Notes under the pieces: model-generated
What the model was told of the DNA's origin: nothing
Database searches by the model: none
What the model saw: only the letters and a program-made list of their open reading frames with translations
Part shown: in pieces, positions 12,100-24,500 of the stretch
Numbering within the stretch: the first letter of the stretch is position 1
Layout of the letters: every line of letters begins with the position of its first letter
Made by a program: the position numbers and the translations under genes
NCBI GenBank assembly: GCA_036172245.1
Contig: JAYWIR010000002.1
Coordinates: 744,001 to 808,000, forward strand
Reading direction: 5' to 3'
From: Raillietiella orientalis
Lineage: Eukaryota
DNA length: 64,000 nucleotides

Positions 12100-15000
12100 C
12101 GAGAAACAGGATGGATAAATGCTTGTGGATAAATTCTTGTACAAACTATTCCTTACGACTTCTTTTTCTGTTCCTGCTTCTTCTTCTTCTACTGTACTTG
12201 ATGGAGCTGTTTCCACATCGCCGTTCCCAAAGAGGGTGAGCAAACGCATCGCTTGATCTTTGAACCAGGATGGCAAAGATGCGGATCAGTGATCCCGAAG
12301 ATGCGTTTTGACTGCGCACGGAGACGCCTATCCCTTGCCTGCCTGCACGGGCAACACAAATAACCGAGAAAATTGCTTTCCTCATGCTGTGAGAAGATCT
12401 TGGGGGCGCGGCTGAAAATCCGTATCAGTGCCCCTTTCTGCTTAATTTCGAAGGAGTTAGCGTACGGTGCGCCTTTGTGCCGTCGCAGCGGAGGCTAACT
12501 GACTTTAGAGGACTTTCCACGCGAGTCTTGCCACAAAGGAAGAGCAAGCGGCATTACCAGATCTGTTCCCCGGCGCAAAGTGCTCCTCTCCGTCCAGTCG
12601 AAAATGCTGCTGCCTTGCCGGCGTTCGGGTTTGGAGCCGCCGGGTCGAACTTTCTCTGCAAGACGAGGGGTAGTGGCACCCGTCCACCGCTGGATGTGCA
12701 GCTCTGGGGTTTCCTTGTTTGCCTGTTTAAGCGAAACACGCAGGGACAACAACAACTCGTTAGGTTGTCTTTCAACACAAAGGAGCCAGCGTCACGTATT
12801 CTTATTTGGCGAAATGATTCAGCAAAAGTTCTTGATGAGGGAAACCCATGGCTCTGTAATCAAAGCGGCAGGATCCAAACGCGAAATTCTCCCGTGCTCG
12901 CTGTTGATGTTCGCTATCCTGCTTCAAAGGTCGATCGGCGAGCTTGCTCGCTTCGAGAACCCCCAATCTCCACAGGAGATTTGAAACAGGACACATGGAA
13001 GTCTCCTCTTTCAGCCCAGATCGTCTCCATAATCCTTCCTTCCCCTTCTTCGTATATCGCGCACATCAAGACGAATCGCTTGCGGGAGCGCAGAAGGGAA
13101 AAGAGGGAGAAAAGCTTCTCTGTGTTACCTGGAGCCATGAAAATCACATCTTGTCAAGAGTTGTTCCTCAACTGGTTCGTTCCCACAGCACACGCGCAGT
13201 CTTTTTGTGGTCAGCATGCTGATGACATTCATCATGAGACTGGCTTTGAGGGTGAGCGTAACAACTCCGCTTGATGAGTCTTGGTAAGCCTGCGTTTCCT
13301 CCTCCTCCATGGCGGAAGGTCGGTACGGCCGAAACCCAGCATGAAGGTTTTCTTTTTTCGGAACCCAATCAACGTAGTACATGAGATGGCGCCGATCTTT
13401 CCCTATTTTATCGAAATTTTTCCATCACTCACGGCGCCGTGGACGGCTTAGTGGATTTGAAAATCCGCAGCTGCACCGTGAATAGGGCAACGCCCTTACG
13501 AGTGACTCCGCATAGGTGGATGTCGTGAACTGATCCCTGGGAATCAGGAAGTTGACACAAACGAACTCCGAGAACTGAACGTTGGATTTCGACAAATTCC
13601 CACACCTGACTGTTTTTCCTGGTAAAGAAAGTGCACCTCGAGGCTGGAAAAGTTCTGCACCATTTTTTTTTCTTTTCTTCGTCGAACTTCACAGTTTTTC
13701 TACGGGCAGTGCCTTCCTATGCACTGACTGAGAAAATTTTAAAATCGAGCCTCGATTCTGATATTTTGCGCAATCATGATCATTGGCATGGATGCGGTTG
13801 CTAATATGGATGGGTAGTTTGCTTTTGCTTTGGACGAATCGGCCGTTGTGCAGCTGCCATGTTTATGATAACGTTGACTGCCAAAGTGATCAGTGAACCA
13901 GAAATTTATGTCCAGGAATTCTCTCCATCGAATTGGCAAACTATCGGAACTGCCTATCGACTATTCCATTCAAGGGTGGGGCTACAAGCAGCTACAGAAG
14001 AAAAGAGGGTTTTCCTCAGATCCCACTTAAATTACTGAGTCTCTTGAGAGTGCTTTCTCGATGCATCCGTTCCACTTTATGGGAACAGGGGACTCGGTGC
14101 CCGAAAGCATCCACATTCTCGATGCTTCCGAGACGTTCATTACCAGAAGATGCAATTCCTTTTTCATCTCTTTCCTATATAATTCCGTCAACCCATATTG
14201 AAGCACAAGAGCGAAAAGGCATCTAGGCGTGCTTGCTCATGACAGAAAAACGGTTTCTGCATCAAAGAGATGTTTTGTTAAGGGAAAAGTGTTTCCAATC
14301 TTGAAGGACAGACAGAAATCAGATGCAAGGTTTTATTCTGGCTACTGTGTTTAAAGCTTTTCGTTCTTCATATGATTAGGCATGCTCCGTGTTCTGAGGT
14401 CTCATTCGCTTAAGACCGTTTGATTCTGTTTTAATCCAACTGAGGTTGCTTCCTTCTGCTGACGTCGAGAGAACTCCCCAATTGTCCGTATACAGCGGAA
14501 GGGCTCTACACGGTTCTTTGAACGTGTGCATATGCCCCTTTAACTGTACATCCCAGAGCTGAACCATCGGGAGATGAGATGTCGGTGTTGCCTCCGCACG
14601 TGTGAAACACCGTAGACTGGCATTCTTTGAGCTTTGTAGACGAGGTCTGTGGCAAATGAGAGGAGTTCGAGAATCGTGGTCCACGAATCCTCGGACCTTA
14701 TCAAGATGATTTTATTATTTTGGGACTGCTATCATCAGAGGTCCGATGCCTCATCTCAGAGTTCAAAATAACACCCTCTCTTTTTCCACAAGCGCTGCCA
14801 CCTTTTGTTTGTAGTCCTCTGTTCGCATCAACATTCGAGCTTGGGGGCTCTCAAGTTTTGTCGAAAGGATTGCATCTGTTTGTTTTTAGCAGCACGCTCC
14901 AGCACCGCTTATCTGAACGAGAAGACTGAATTGAGATGATAAATTCTGAATCATCCACATAAAACTGAAGCTTCAAGAAGGTTCGAGAGTAACTCACAGC

Positions 15001-15650
15001 TCACTTGGGTCGCTGTTCTCGCGGAGACCTTTCCCCAGCGTTTCGGACGCGTTTGGGGTTTCTTCTAGGTGAAGCATGGTGAGGATATACCGCATTCATG
15101 AATAATAAAAGAGACGTTCTTCAGAGGGAGCTTTGGACCAAGAGATAAACATCAACGCCTTTTTTCTTTTTCCTCTCAATGCTGAAACATAAAATTCCAC
15201 ATAGAGTGAGACTGATTTTAAGGGTTGAGCTCCTGTTCGCAGCTTCTCACAAGTCCAATCTTCACGCTGAATAATTGCTTGGAGGTTTCTGCATTTTTCG
15301 CTGGGCGTTCCCTCTTCTCCGCATTTCATCCGTGGAATTCGGTTCTGCGTGTGACGACACGCTTTCTGCTTGTGCAAGAAACGCTACTCAATGGCGATCG
15401 GATGAGCATTCTCTCCGGAAGAAACGGGAAGCCGTCTTCAAATGTTTCCTCACCTTCGGGCTCAGACGTGAGCCGTAGTATGCCATTTCTTGCATGGTCG
15501 TCATGACAAGTTCCTTCGGAATATGCCATTTTTTCTTTTCCCATTTCTTGTGGCTCTGGATCTTTGCGGACACTCATTTCCCTATATATGTAGTCACAAC
15601 GTATCGATTCCCTGTAAGGGACGGCCATCTGTTAAAGTTTAGAGTTCATG
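12100..15650 (-). mobile_element. DIRS-like tyrosine-recombinase retrotransposon remnant (RT, RNase H, MTase-like, partial YR)
   Basis: Ordered minus-strand motifs: 'SPLSSVSCTSRKRVV', then 'IIQREDW...LKSVSLYVEFY...KKALMFISW...FYY' (ORF 15096..15377), 'FYVDD' (YVDD at 14950-14961), 'GVILNS', RNase H 'DWVPKKENLHA' (~13350), 'DVIFMAPGNTEKLFS' (~13110-13155, D.FA...N.K..F.S-like) and a weak YR-like segment in ORF 12146..12385. Confidence 0.7.
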
Positions 15651-15699
15651 GATCACCTTGAAGCAAATTAAGTGAAATTCCCTCAATACAATAACTTCA

Positions 15700-18600
15700 T
15701 CTCCCAATACGAAAATTGTCTTCGACTAAAGAGGTGAACCTTCCTGTGATTAGCCTTTGAAGGGCAGCAATTCAAATGCTTCCCCATCATCTCGAAGAAT
15801 TTCAAGAATCAGTCCCGGCTGACAGCTGGGACCAATTTTCGAAATTGTTCGAGCAATTTGGGTTAGTGTATCTGTATCTCCTTTCCTTTCGACTTTCAAG
15901 TGGTATTTCTCATGCTTAATGACGTCCACGAATTCTTTATTCGCGTAAAATTTCTCAGGAAGTCCACATGAATAAATAGATTTCTTTAGGGGATCAGCAG
16001 CCCTGGACACGTTGTGCTGACGTTTTGATGGTAGTCGCTGGGTCGCTTTAGAGATCTGGATCATTTACCTGGAGAGATACTCGACCTTCACTCCAAGTTT
16101 ATCTACGGACACACTTTCGCTTTCGATGAAGTTGGGTTCGAAATAGTAATGGATACGCGCTGGAGTGGCATCCAAGGGCCGCCTCCATAACTCGAAAATG
16201 GAAATGGAGCCCCATCGCTGATCTCCAAGAATCACATGTGGTTTCAGGTTTCATATGCATGGAATCTTCTTGATAACCCTCGCAGAATTTGAACAAGCGC
16301 AAGCTGATTCGCGACGTTCTTTTGCTGAGTTGTTTTTGTTTTTGCTTCATCCTATTTAAAGACTCTCCTGTCTTGCATTTTTCTCCCTCTTGATCAGAGG
16401 GCTTCTTAGAAGGGTGACCAAGGCAAGTTTATGTACCAACAAGTGTTCAAAGTCTATTATTGATGATGTCTGTCTTAAGGTTGCGTTGAAGAAACGACTT
16501 TCCTGTTCGTCATGTGAAAGCCTCGACCTTTTCCTTCCGAGAGAGAAGTTTTGTACTTTGTACCTCTACTATTCTATGCTAAACTTTGTAGTAGCAGAAA
16601 GATTTTTCCCCATCTTCTAAAGACCCATTTCTTCCGAATCATGCAACTGAACTAGAACCTTTTTGTCGAAATAGGTGTGACCCTTTGAGATCATTAACCT
16701 TCTCTTACATTATGTAGCCATGAATTGGTGTGCAGCAACTGAGTTTGCCAATGGCACAAAATCTTGGATAAATGGTCCAAATGCTAAATGGTTCATGAGT
16801 ACGTTCCCTCTTGAACAACACCACGTAAACAACGTCATTGTTACTGATGGCTGGTTGCTGTTCCGTCGCATATTCCGTTTGCTTCAGATGCACCAAGTTC
16901 ATCCATGACCTTGCTAGTCAGACTCTGCAGACTCGAAAGGACCGTGATGTTCCACGCAAACGGATTCCAGCTTAACGTCTTCTTCCTCGTTACCAATGAG
17001 GATGCTTCTGTTTTTTGACGTGTTGGAAGATCCTGCAAAGACGATAGTTGTTCCTGTTCAAAATCCTGTATGCTTTCCTGTATGTTTCAAAGAGTTAGTA
17101 AAAAATGGACCTCCGGAAGGATGGTTTTGACAGCGGATGGAAGATTCCTTCCAGATAAGGCTGACTCTGCGGCACTGATGGAAGCTCGATGCCTCCGCTG
17201 ACTAGCCGAAACTGAGAGTTGATCTTCCGGGGTCCTTCCTGGAATCAAGGAGCTGGTTGCCACCGGTGGTGAAAATGGAGTCGTCCCCCCATTTGGAGGA
17301 GGACCCTCCATCGCGCCCCATCATGAAGCTGGTTGAGTGATGCTCCTCCAGAGCGTCAGAAGCGCGCCGCTTCCTTCAAGGGGAGACCCTTTAGAGAAAT
17401 TTGGAAGCGTTCCTTCGGGTTCTCTTCAGAGGAGGAAACGGAGAGAGGATTTTTTCCGGCTCCCCTTCGGAGAGGAAAAGAAGAGGGGCCCTCTCCGGGA
17501 GATCCCTCCGGAGTAAATACAGAAGAGGATCCCTTCGGTGACAACTTGGGTATGAGCATCCTTTGCCTTTCCTACCAAGCGTAAGAGAAACGGACTCTTC
17601 CTCCAGAGCCTTCCTGGATTCATAAGCTGGTTTTTCCGGGGTCACCCCTCCCCTCTCCCCCCCTTCCAGCTCAAAGAGTTAACACTCACCCTCGGGTGGC
17701 ACGGGCAGTGTTAAAGAGCTCCGTGAGCCCCTTCTAAGAATAAAACGGTTCTTCAGCATTTGTCGAACCAAAAAAAAAAGAAAAGAAAAGAAAGGAAGCA
17801 GAGATGCAGAAGGATCTTAGTTGCCGGAAGTGACTTGAATCCTTTCATTTCAGAGTTTCCTTTTTCTCATAATGCATGCTCAGTTTGCGTGTTTCTCAAA
17901 GATATAAAAGACACTACACTTCATCTTCGAAAATCGTATCAGATTATGAAACACATGTGTGTACAGCCAGCCGCTTCAAGCTCAATCAGGAGCAGGGGAG
18001 AAGGTCAGTCTCAGCACCTTTGCTTCTTCCTTTTCTGCTGCTGTATCGCATATTCTTTTTTATCGAAGAGAAGCAAGGTATCCTGTATTTTCTTTGCAAT
18101 GGAAACCAATCAAGTCTGCCTTAGCTAGGGCTGAGCCTCAGAATCATGCTGCCAATTCTTCCAGCATTTCTTCCTGAAGAAGAGTACAGAAATGCCATCT
18201 GAATGAGACCATAGGTCTCTCCGAGACAAACCTACAGCCAGAGCCCAACATCGTTTAATGGATGAACGAAATGACGTAATTTTCAGCTTACTCGTGACTA
18301 CAAGTGCTGGTCCATGTCGCCTTGCAAAAGGGTCTCTTTTACGAAGCACCTGCCAGCATGACTGTCAGTACCGCTCCACATGCTTGTGGAGTCATCTACC
18401 CTACCAAACTACTAAACCCTTCGATATCATCGAACCCGAAAAAATGGATAACTTCATTATGGCCATCACTGATGGTCCAGCGAGACCTTTCTGGCATTGC
18501 TCCTGAACGATTACTTGGTCAATGAGTTCCTCCGTGATGCAACTTTCCGTCAAAGGCAATTCAACCTGAACGCTTCCGTTTCCAAACTTGCAGCTGTACA

Positions 18601-19000
18601 AAAGAGGGACGGGCCAGGAAAAATCTGGATCGATAAGAGGATTGGACCAGCTTTTTCATTTCTCGATGGCGACCCTTAGCTAGTCGCAGGCATGGAGAGA
18701 TCCTCTAAAAGGTTAAAGATCTGCAATGGAGGGAGAACTTTCCAAAAGAGTTCCTCCCGCGCAAGCTGCATTTTCCAGTTTCCCAACATCGTTCTTGTGA
18801 TTTCCAGGAGCAGCGGCTTCAGGTTGGCATTTGGAGTCTGATCCAACTGCGGAAGTCGAGAACTTTCTGACTTTCAGAGTCTGCACGGGAAACAACCGAT
18901 TCGTGTCTCGAGGAAAGGGGTTTCTGAACAGAGTCTTGCTTTGCATTGCATCTGCTTCATGAATACACCCAAGGTCGTGAACGCTGCTTCCATATGTAAT
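15700..19000 (-). mobile_element. Decayed L1/Tx1-like ORF2, interrupted by an R2-like tail
   Basis: 'ITEELIDQVIVQEQCQKGLAGP' (domain 0, ORF 18401..18601), 'KKIQDTLLLF...LLLIELEAA' (~17970-18100, domains 2-3) and 'FKFCEGYQEDSMH...CDSW' (C-terminal knuckle-like, ORF 16099..16350). Confidence 0.55.
17200..17795 (+). repeat. R2-like family 3' UTR plus A-tail, copy A
   Basis: Block-wise similarity to 28395-28985, 56094-56500 (rc) and 57998-58250 (rc). It ends gaacc + A10 (17770-17779) followed by a GAAAA-type extension. Confidence 0.8.
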
Positions 19001-19399
19001 CAGCAAGCGATCTTCTAAGAGATTCAGCTGTCGGAATATCAGATGAGAGGACGACGACTACCTCACGACGCTCCCCGAAAACTGCGGGCTGGGAACGTCT
19101 ATCGCGTCCTCGACACAACCAGTAAACTCCGTCAAGCTGCGGGACCCGGTGGAAGACGCTTCCACGGCGTGCAAGGTCTGTGCACTTTTGCACATGTCAG
19201 GGGATGCGAAATGGGTCTCACCTTCCCAAGGATCATCTGACTGATGTTTTGTTCGACCTTCTGCCGCCGTCTTCATTTCCTGCAACCAACTGCAAGAGTC
19301 ACTTTTCCTCCTTTCCTATTTTCCGACTTTCGATTCGCTTGAAAGTCTCGGAATTCTGGTCCCTTCCAGCCCTCTTGGTGAGTGGACAGGATGGCTGGC

Positions 19400-21100
19400 T
19401 CCCTCCCTGAACGTGTTGCCCGGAGATGGAAATGAACGGACCGAGGATACGTGAGTTCGCAAGGACACAGTCGTGTGCAACGTGATGACTTTCACGGAGG
19501 GTAGGTAAGGGAAGAAGGGGGCTGGAAAGCCAGCCCGGCAGTGACGTAGAACAGCAGTTTCAGTGCGCGGTCCGCTTCTTGAGCGGATGACCTTGCGCTG
19601 TCCAAACAGGGCACGCGCCGTCATGTTGTCCGGAGCGAGTGGCTAGTGAGTCATTTGAATGATGGAAGTTTCGGATAACGACGCTCCACATGGTGCTCCG
19701 AAGAGGTTCCGACGCCCACGCTCGCTCCTGTATCTGAACCTGCCTCTTCCTCCGTCTTGTTCTAGAGGCTTCTCAGGTGAGTGACCAAGGCAAACTGATG
19801 TACCAACCAGCAAGTGTTTTCAGCTCCCAGCTGGCTAGGTTTCTAAAATTCATTGTTTACTTGCACGCCTCACCACAGAGTTGCAAACACGCGTGCCCCT
19901 TCGTCACAAAGACGGAGACTGCGCTTTCAGGACGCGGCGGGTCACCACACCCATCGCATCTTCACACGACTCACCGGAGGCTTTGCGATCCTCCCAGAAG
20001 TTTTTGCGGTTGATTCGAACCGAGAGGAATTCCCCGAGTTCTTCATCCCAGTTCTGCCACATTCCTTCTCTCCCATTCCACATTTGGCGCCGTACGTCCC
20101 GTTACTTCCGCCGAGTCGGGAACGGCGGTCCGCCTTCGTTTCAGCGGCCGGCCCCGTGCCTTGTCGCGAGTGCTGAGCACCACGCGCTCTCAACAAAAAG
20201 GGCCGACTTCCGCAACGGGGAGGGATCCACAGCGCTGCCTGTTCTGCATCCCTTTTATCCACCCAGCGATCCTATTGACCTTGGTCCCGAGGGCAATGTT
20301 TTCCTAGGACCCGTTTTTCGCTCAGTTGTCGGAGGCTAGGTCTTGAGAGTTCAAAGGGAAGCGGGGCGGCGTCTGCGCATGCAGGCCCGCGCCCCACACG
20401 CTCACGCACACATGCACGCGCGCGCGCGTGTACGACCCGCTCTCATAACGCGTCACCGATTTCCATGCTTCCTGTTTGCGCGCGCGCGTGCTAGACGGGT
20501 GAGTCCTTGAAAGAAGAGAGACTGTGTGGGTTTCCTCCCCGCCCTGCAGGCGGCGCTGGAGGAGCCGAGCGTCCCGACACTTTCTTCCCTGCACCAGCTG
20601 CATTGAGAGCTCCTCATCCTGTCGAAGGACGATTCCCTGATGGTGTTCCCTTCGTTCCGCAGCACCGCCGTTTCCTTGCGCGCGCGGCGGCGGCACCAGC
20701 AGCTGGGGAATATGGGTTCTGGGACGTGTTCCTCCATGAATGTGATGCTTTATACCTCCCGGAGCGATAGGAGGAGAGTAGGGTCAGGGTCTTCCTCACT
20801 CGTCCTTTCAGCATCTCTCAAAACACACGGATCGAAGAATCTCACCGACTTTGGCTCCATAGGACGAGCGCAAGTCGCTGAAGGGGTGGGGTGGTGGTGG
20901 TGGGGTGATATTTTCCCACCCTTCCCCTCTGTTCCTGCTCTTCGGATGCTGCCGTTCCGCTTGCGGCAAACCAAGGGGGCCGGTCCTCTTTTCGGAGTCA
21001 AAGCCGAGTCAATGCCGAGACGTCATGCTGACCGCTGATATGTCCACCGCCTCCTCACTCAGCCTCCTTCCTTCCGGGTAGGAAAGATAAGGTGCAGTAG
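19400..21100 (-). mobile_element. One or two R2-like CCHC/RLE fragments
   Basis: 'SQCSWCREESVGTLGSSSAAC' (ORF 20453..20737) and a frameshifted 'RCDGCGD...CNSVVRRA' (~19860-19960) both resemble the knuckle plus RH+.+V region. Confidence 0.45.
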
Positions 21101-21999
21101 GCCACGGGGTCTCCAGGGGAGGGGTGTCGTCGGTGGCTCGAGGTACTCGGACGAAGGAAGGTCGAATCTGTTTCCGTCGATCGGCTGGCACGTCCTGCGT
21201 GCGCAGGGATGGTTTCGCTCCCCACGGTTCGGCGTGGATTTTCCCTCCCCCTTCCCGTATCCCTCCCGATGCCCGGTACCGGGACTCCGCCTCCCGAGGA
21301 ACCTTCCCCAAGCATCCTCCTCCTCTGCTCCGCCGACTTCGATTGGATGATGTTCAGCGCCGTGTTCTACCCGTCAGTCTCTCGCGTGCCTCTGAAACGT
21401 CGTTTCCAGGACGACCACTCTCAAATGAAATTCGAAGAGAGGGGACGGAAGTTTCCAGGGGCTCCATGATTGCTCCGCCGAAAGCGCTGCCACCGCCGCC
21501 GCTGCTGCCGCTTCAGCTACACCTCGTCGCGTTTTCGACCCCCGCTTGCGTTCCTACTAACGCCTTCGGAACGGCCTTGTAGGGATTGTAGGCGCTCGTG
21601 AGCGCAGAAGGAAGGGGGGGGAATCCAGAAAGCCTCGAAGGCGCATGGAAGCCGCTGGCGAGGAGGAAGCGTCATCGGAGAAGGTCCGTGTCGCTTGTTT
21701 TTCGGAAGATTCAGCTCGTTAGGAGGAAGAATGCGGAGTCCGAGACTCATGGGGCGAAAGCAATTGGGAAAGAAACCGGGAAAAGAATCTCCGAGAGGCT
21801 GGAAGACGCATTTCTCGGAACCGCGAAACCCGCTGTGCGAGTCGCCAGCCGTTAGCGCGGGGGCACGCGTGCCACGGCAGTCGGGAGAGCCGAGGACGTC
21901 CTGCGGAGTGGCTGCGTTCCGAGAGCCCTGGAGAGAGGATGTTTGGGACTGCTTTCGACTGGGCGGAAGTCGGCGTGATTGGTAGGCGCGGGAAAGCTC

Positions 22000-23550
22000 T
22001 CGAGACGTGGAGATCACCCGGGAGACGAGTCGACGGTTGCGTCGGCGGAGAACTGGGAATTTCATTTATTTACTCTCCCCTTCCCCTTTTCCTTCTCCCA
22101 ATTTCATCCGGGTAAGGCGGAGGAGTTACCGGTGGTTTCGGGTTTTCGCGCTTGGTAGGAGAACCCTCTCTTGCTCCGCGCGGCTTGCAGGGTGCTACGC
22201 AACGGTGCCTCTCGTGAGCTGCCCTTCAGAGGAATGGAGAATAGTCGAGGGATTGTAAGGGGAGTTCATCAGCCAAAGTCGTCTGCAACCAGTTCAGGAG
22301 ACAAATGAACAGCAAAGAGCAGAGGCGGTCGATCCTATCGGGAGGAAGAATCGGTTTCTGGACGGGGGACCAAAAAAGGAGATTCCACCAATCCAGCAGC
22401 AAAGAAACAGCAGAAAGACGGGCCAGTCGATTACTTCTTAGGGTTGAACCTCTCCAGGAGAGGCCTGCTGTATGTGAAGACGAGCCCTCTGGCAATGCAA
22501 GGCGAAGAGAAACCAATCTGGATGTCGAAGTCGTCCGACCCACGAGGTGTGCAATCGTTGGATGCAGGAACGCAGTGACCGCTTCCATTGGCAGTTTTCT
22601 GAGCGGCAGGAGAGGTGGAGCCGGAGGGTGAAACCCAGGTGGAATTTTCTCACTGCCCAAGTCGGACGGCGCATCTGGGATGAGGAGGAAGCGACGCAAC
22701 ACTAGGTCTTGGGGCAAAAAAGCCCGTCCCATAGAGAGAGGAAGGGAAACGAATACAGGGTGCGTGCCCCCTTCCTGGGGAAGAAGTCTCCAAGAGGTGC
22801 ATCGACTTCGACTGCACGCTCACATGAATCAACAGGGAGATAGAAAATTAGCTGTTTCCTAAGGGGGTCGGTTGCAGCTGCCAGGCATTTCATTGGCGTG
22901 CTCCCGATACGCCTCTTTCTAGGGTTCCAACTACCTGACGAGGAGGGGTCTTGAAGTGGTCTTGTTCCAGCTTCTTCAGCAGGGCGGAGTGACGGATGAA
23001 AGGCGTCCGGAATGGCGGTCCGGACTATGAGAAGAGCATCGCTGCCTGCTTCGCTGAGGTGGCATCCGCGTTCTTGACCGCGCCATTAGAAATGGCCCGG
23101 AAGCAGCGACGCGGAAAAGCGAGCACGCGGCGAGATCGGCCTTGCGGGACATCTCGGTTCCCTTTCAGGATCTCCACTTTCGCAAGTGGAGTTCCCTCGT
23201 GCCTTTATTTTTTTTTTTCTCTCCCCTGAAAGGGACGGGTGAATTTTCAGCCTCCCAGAGATGCGGAAGATGAGGAAGAACTCTCAAGGAGAGCTCCATG
23301 CTTCTGTGTCCATCTGGTTGCGAATGTCTCGCTCGTCTCACGGATCGGTTGGCATCCAACAGCTCTCGTGCTCGAATGCTCGGATGATCCGCGATGGCCA
23401 CTACAGGAAGCTTCAAGTGGGGCCGAGTGCCCCTGAAATGGAGCGCGAGCACTTCAAACCCCGTTTCGAGAACGCCCGTATGGTGACGAGAGAGAAAGGA
23501 AGAAACGACATCAGTCTTTATGGATGTCCCCTCCTCCCCCTTCTTGTCTT
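22000..23550 (+). mobile_element. Decayed R2-like RT and post-RT fragment
   Basis: 'GCYAT' (~22190), 'GTQ*PLPLAVF' (~22565, QGDPLSP.LF-like) and weak post-RT similarity in ORF 23261..23788. Confidence 0.4.
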
Positions 23551-23849
23551 TTGGAAAGCTGCACAGCACCCTGATGATCCGTTCGATCCGGATTATCCTG
23601 TCAAAAGAGCGATCCTGCGTTTGCGGCGGTCACAGTTGTCACCATTGATCCGGAACGTGCGCCCGGTACGTGTCCCGACTGTGATGCGATTTGACGCACG
23701 TTATCCCTCCTCTTCAGATTTCCTGTTCGAAGCATGCGAGAGAGACCTCGAGTTCTCTGAGCACCTCATCGTTCCCAGGAGCCCTTAAGCCGATGCCCTC
23801 ACAGACGCCGGGACTCTTATGAACGAGAAAAGGAGAGACAGCTCTCGGT

Positions 23850-24500
23850 GCTTAGTCTCCTTTCTTTGTCGATCTCTCACGAGGTCATCGCAGAATCCTC
23901 GTGAACCAGTTCCAATTCGGAGGACTTCTTGTGCTCCCCTCTGCATGAGAGCATTTCCTCCGGTGTGGCTAGGACGTCTTCTTCCTCGTGGAAAGAGGAC
24001 GAGAACTGTAGCGCTTGAGTGGAGAAAGCTTTAGCAGAAGCTCCTGTCGAGAGTGAGGGTGTGCGCAGGCTGGAGACTAGCCAGACCAACAGGACCTTTA
24101 TTCTGGAGCATAAGTCATTCCGAAGTCTCAGTTAGATTCGTATCAGTGACTGGCAGCAGGACACTTGCCTTATCTTTTTTGAGAAGATATCATCTCCAGA
24201 TGTCTCTGGAGAGAACGCAAGCAGACTCTCTGTTCTCGATTGAATTGTTTGGACCACCTGCATTGCTTACGAGAATGTCCTGCAGCCTCTGGAAAAGCCA
24301 GTTCTATGTGTACTATACGGACTTGCTGGCTGCCGCAACACTTTCAAAAGGTACGGAATAAAGTTCGGATTCTGGATGCAGAGTTTGCATCCTTGCAAAT
24401 CGTTTCTTGAAGTGGTTATCTGACGATGCATATAGCCGAGAGCTGATTGGCAATCAGCGAGAGGACCAAAAGAGCATTCGAAAGCTGATTCTGCTGCTGC
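23850..24500 (+). mobile_element. L1-like RT fragment
   Basis: 'VALEWRKL' (domain 3), 'SLERTQADSLFSIELF' (RG.RQGD.LSP.LF) and 'YYTDLL' (YADD-like) occur in order across ORFs 23819..24034 and 24053..24361. Confidence 0.55.

Noticed and set aside
15750..16902. Endogenous viral gene in the AT-richer minus-strand ORFs
   Set aside because: No viral hallmark motif was found, and the region is better explained as an L1 ORF2 C-terminus.
17763..17769. GGTTCGA on the minus strand as a tRNA T-loop or Pol III B-box
   Set aside because: No cloverleaf or A-box, and it is not conserved in the other copies.
19043..19240. APE fragment on + ('GNVYRVL...GGRRFHG')
   Set aside because: Only two short motifs with compressed spacing and no supporting context, so it is too weak to call.
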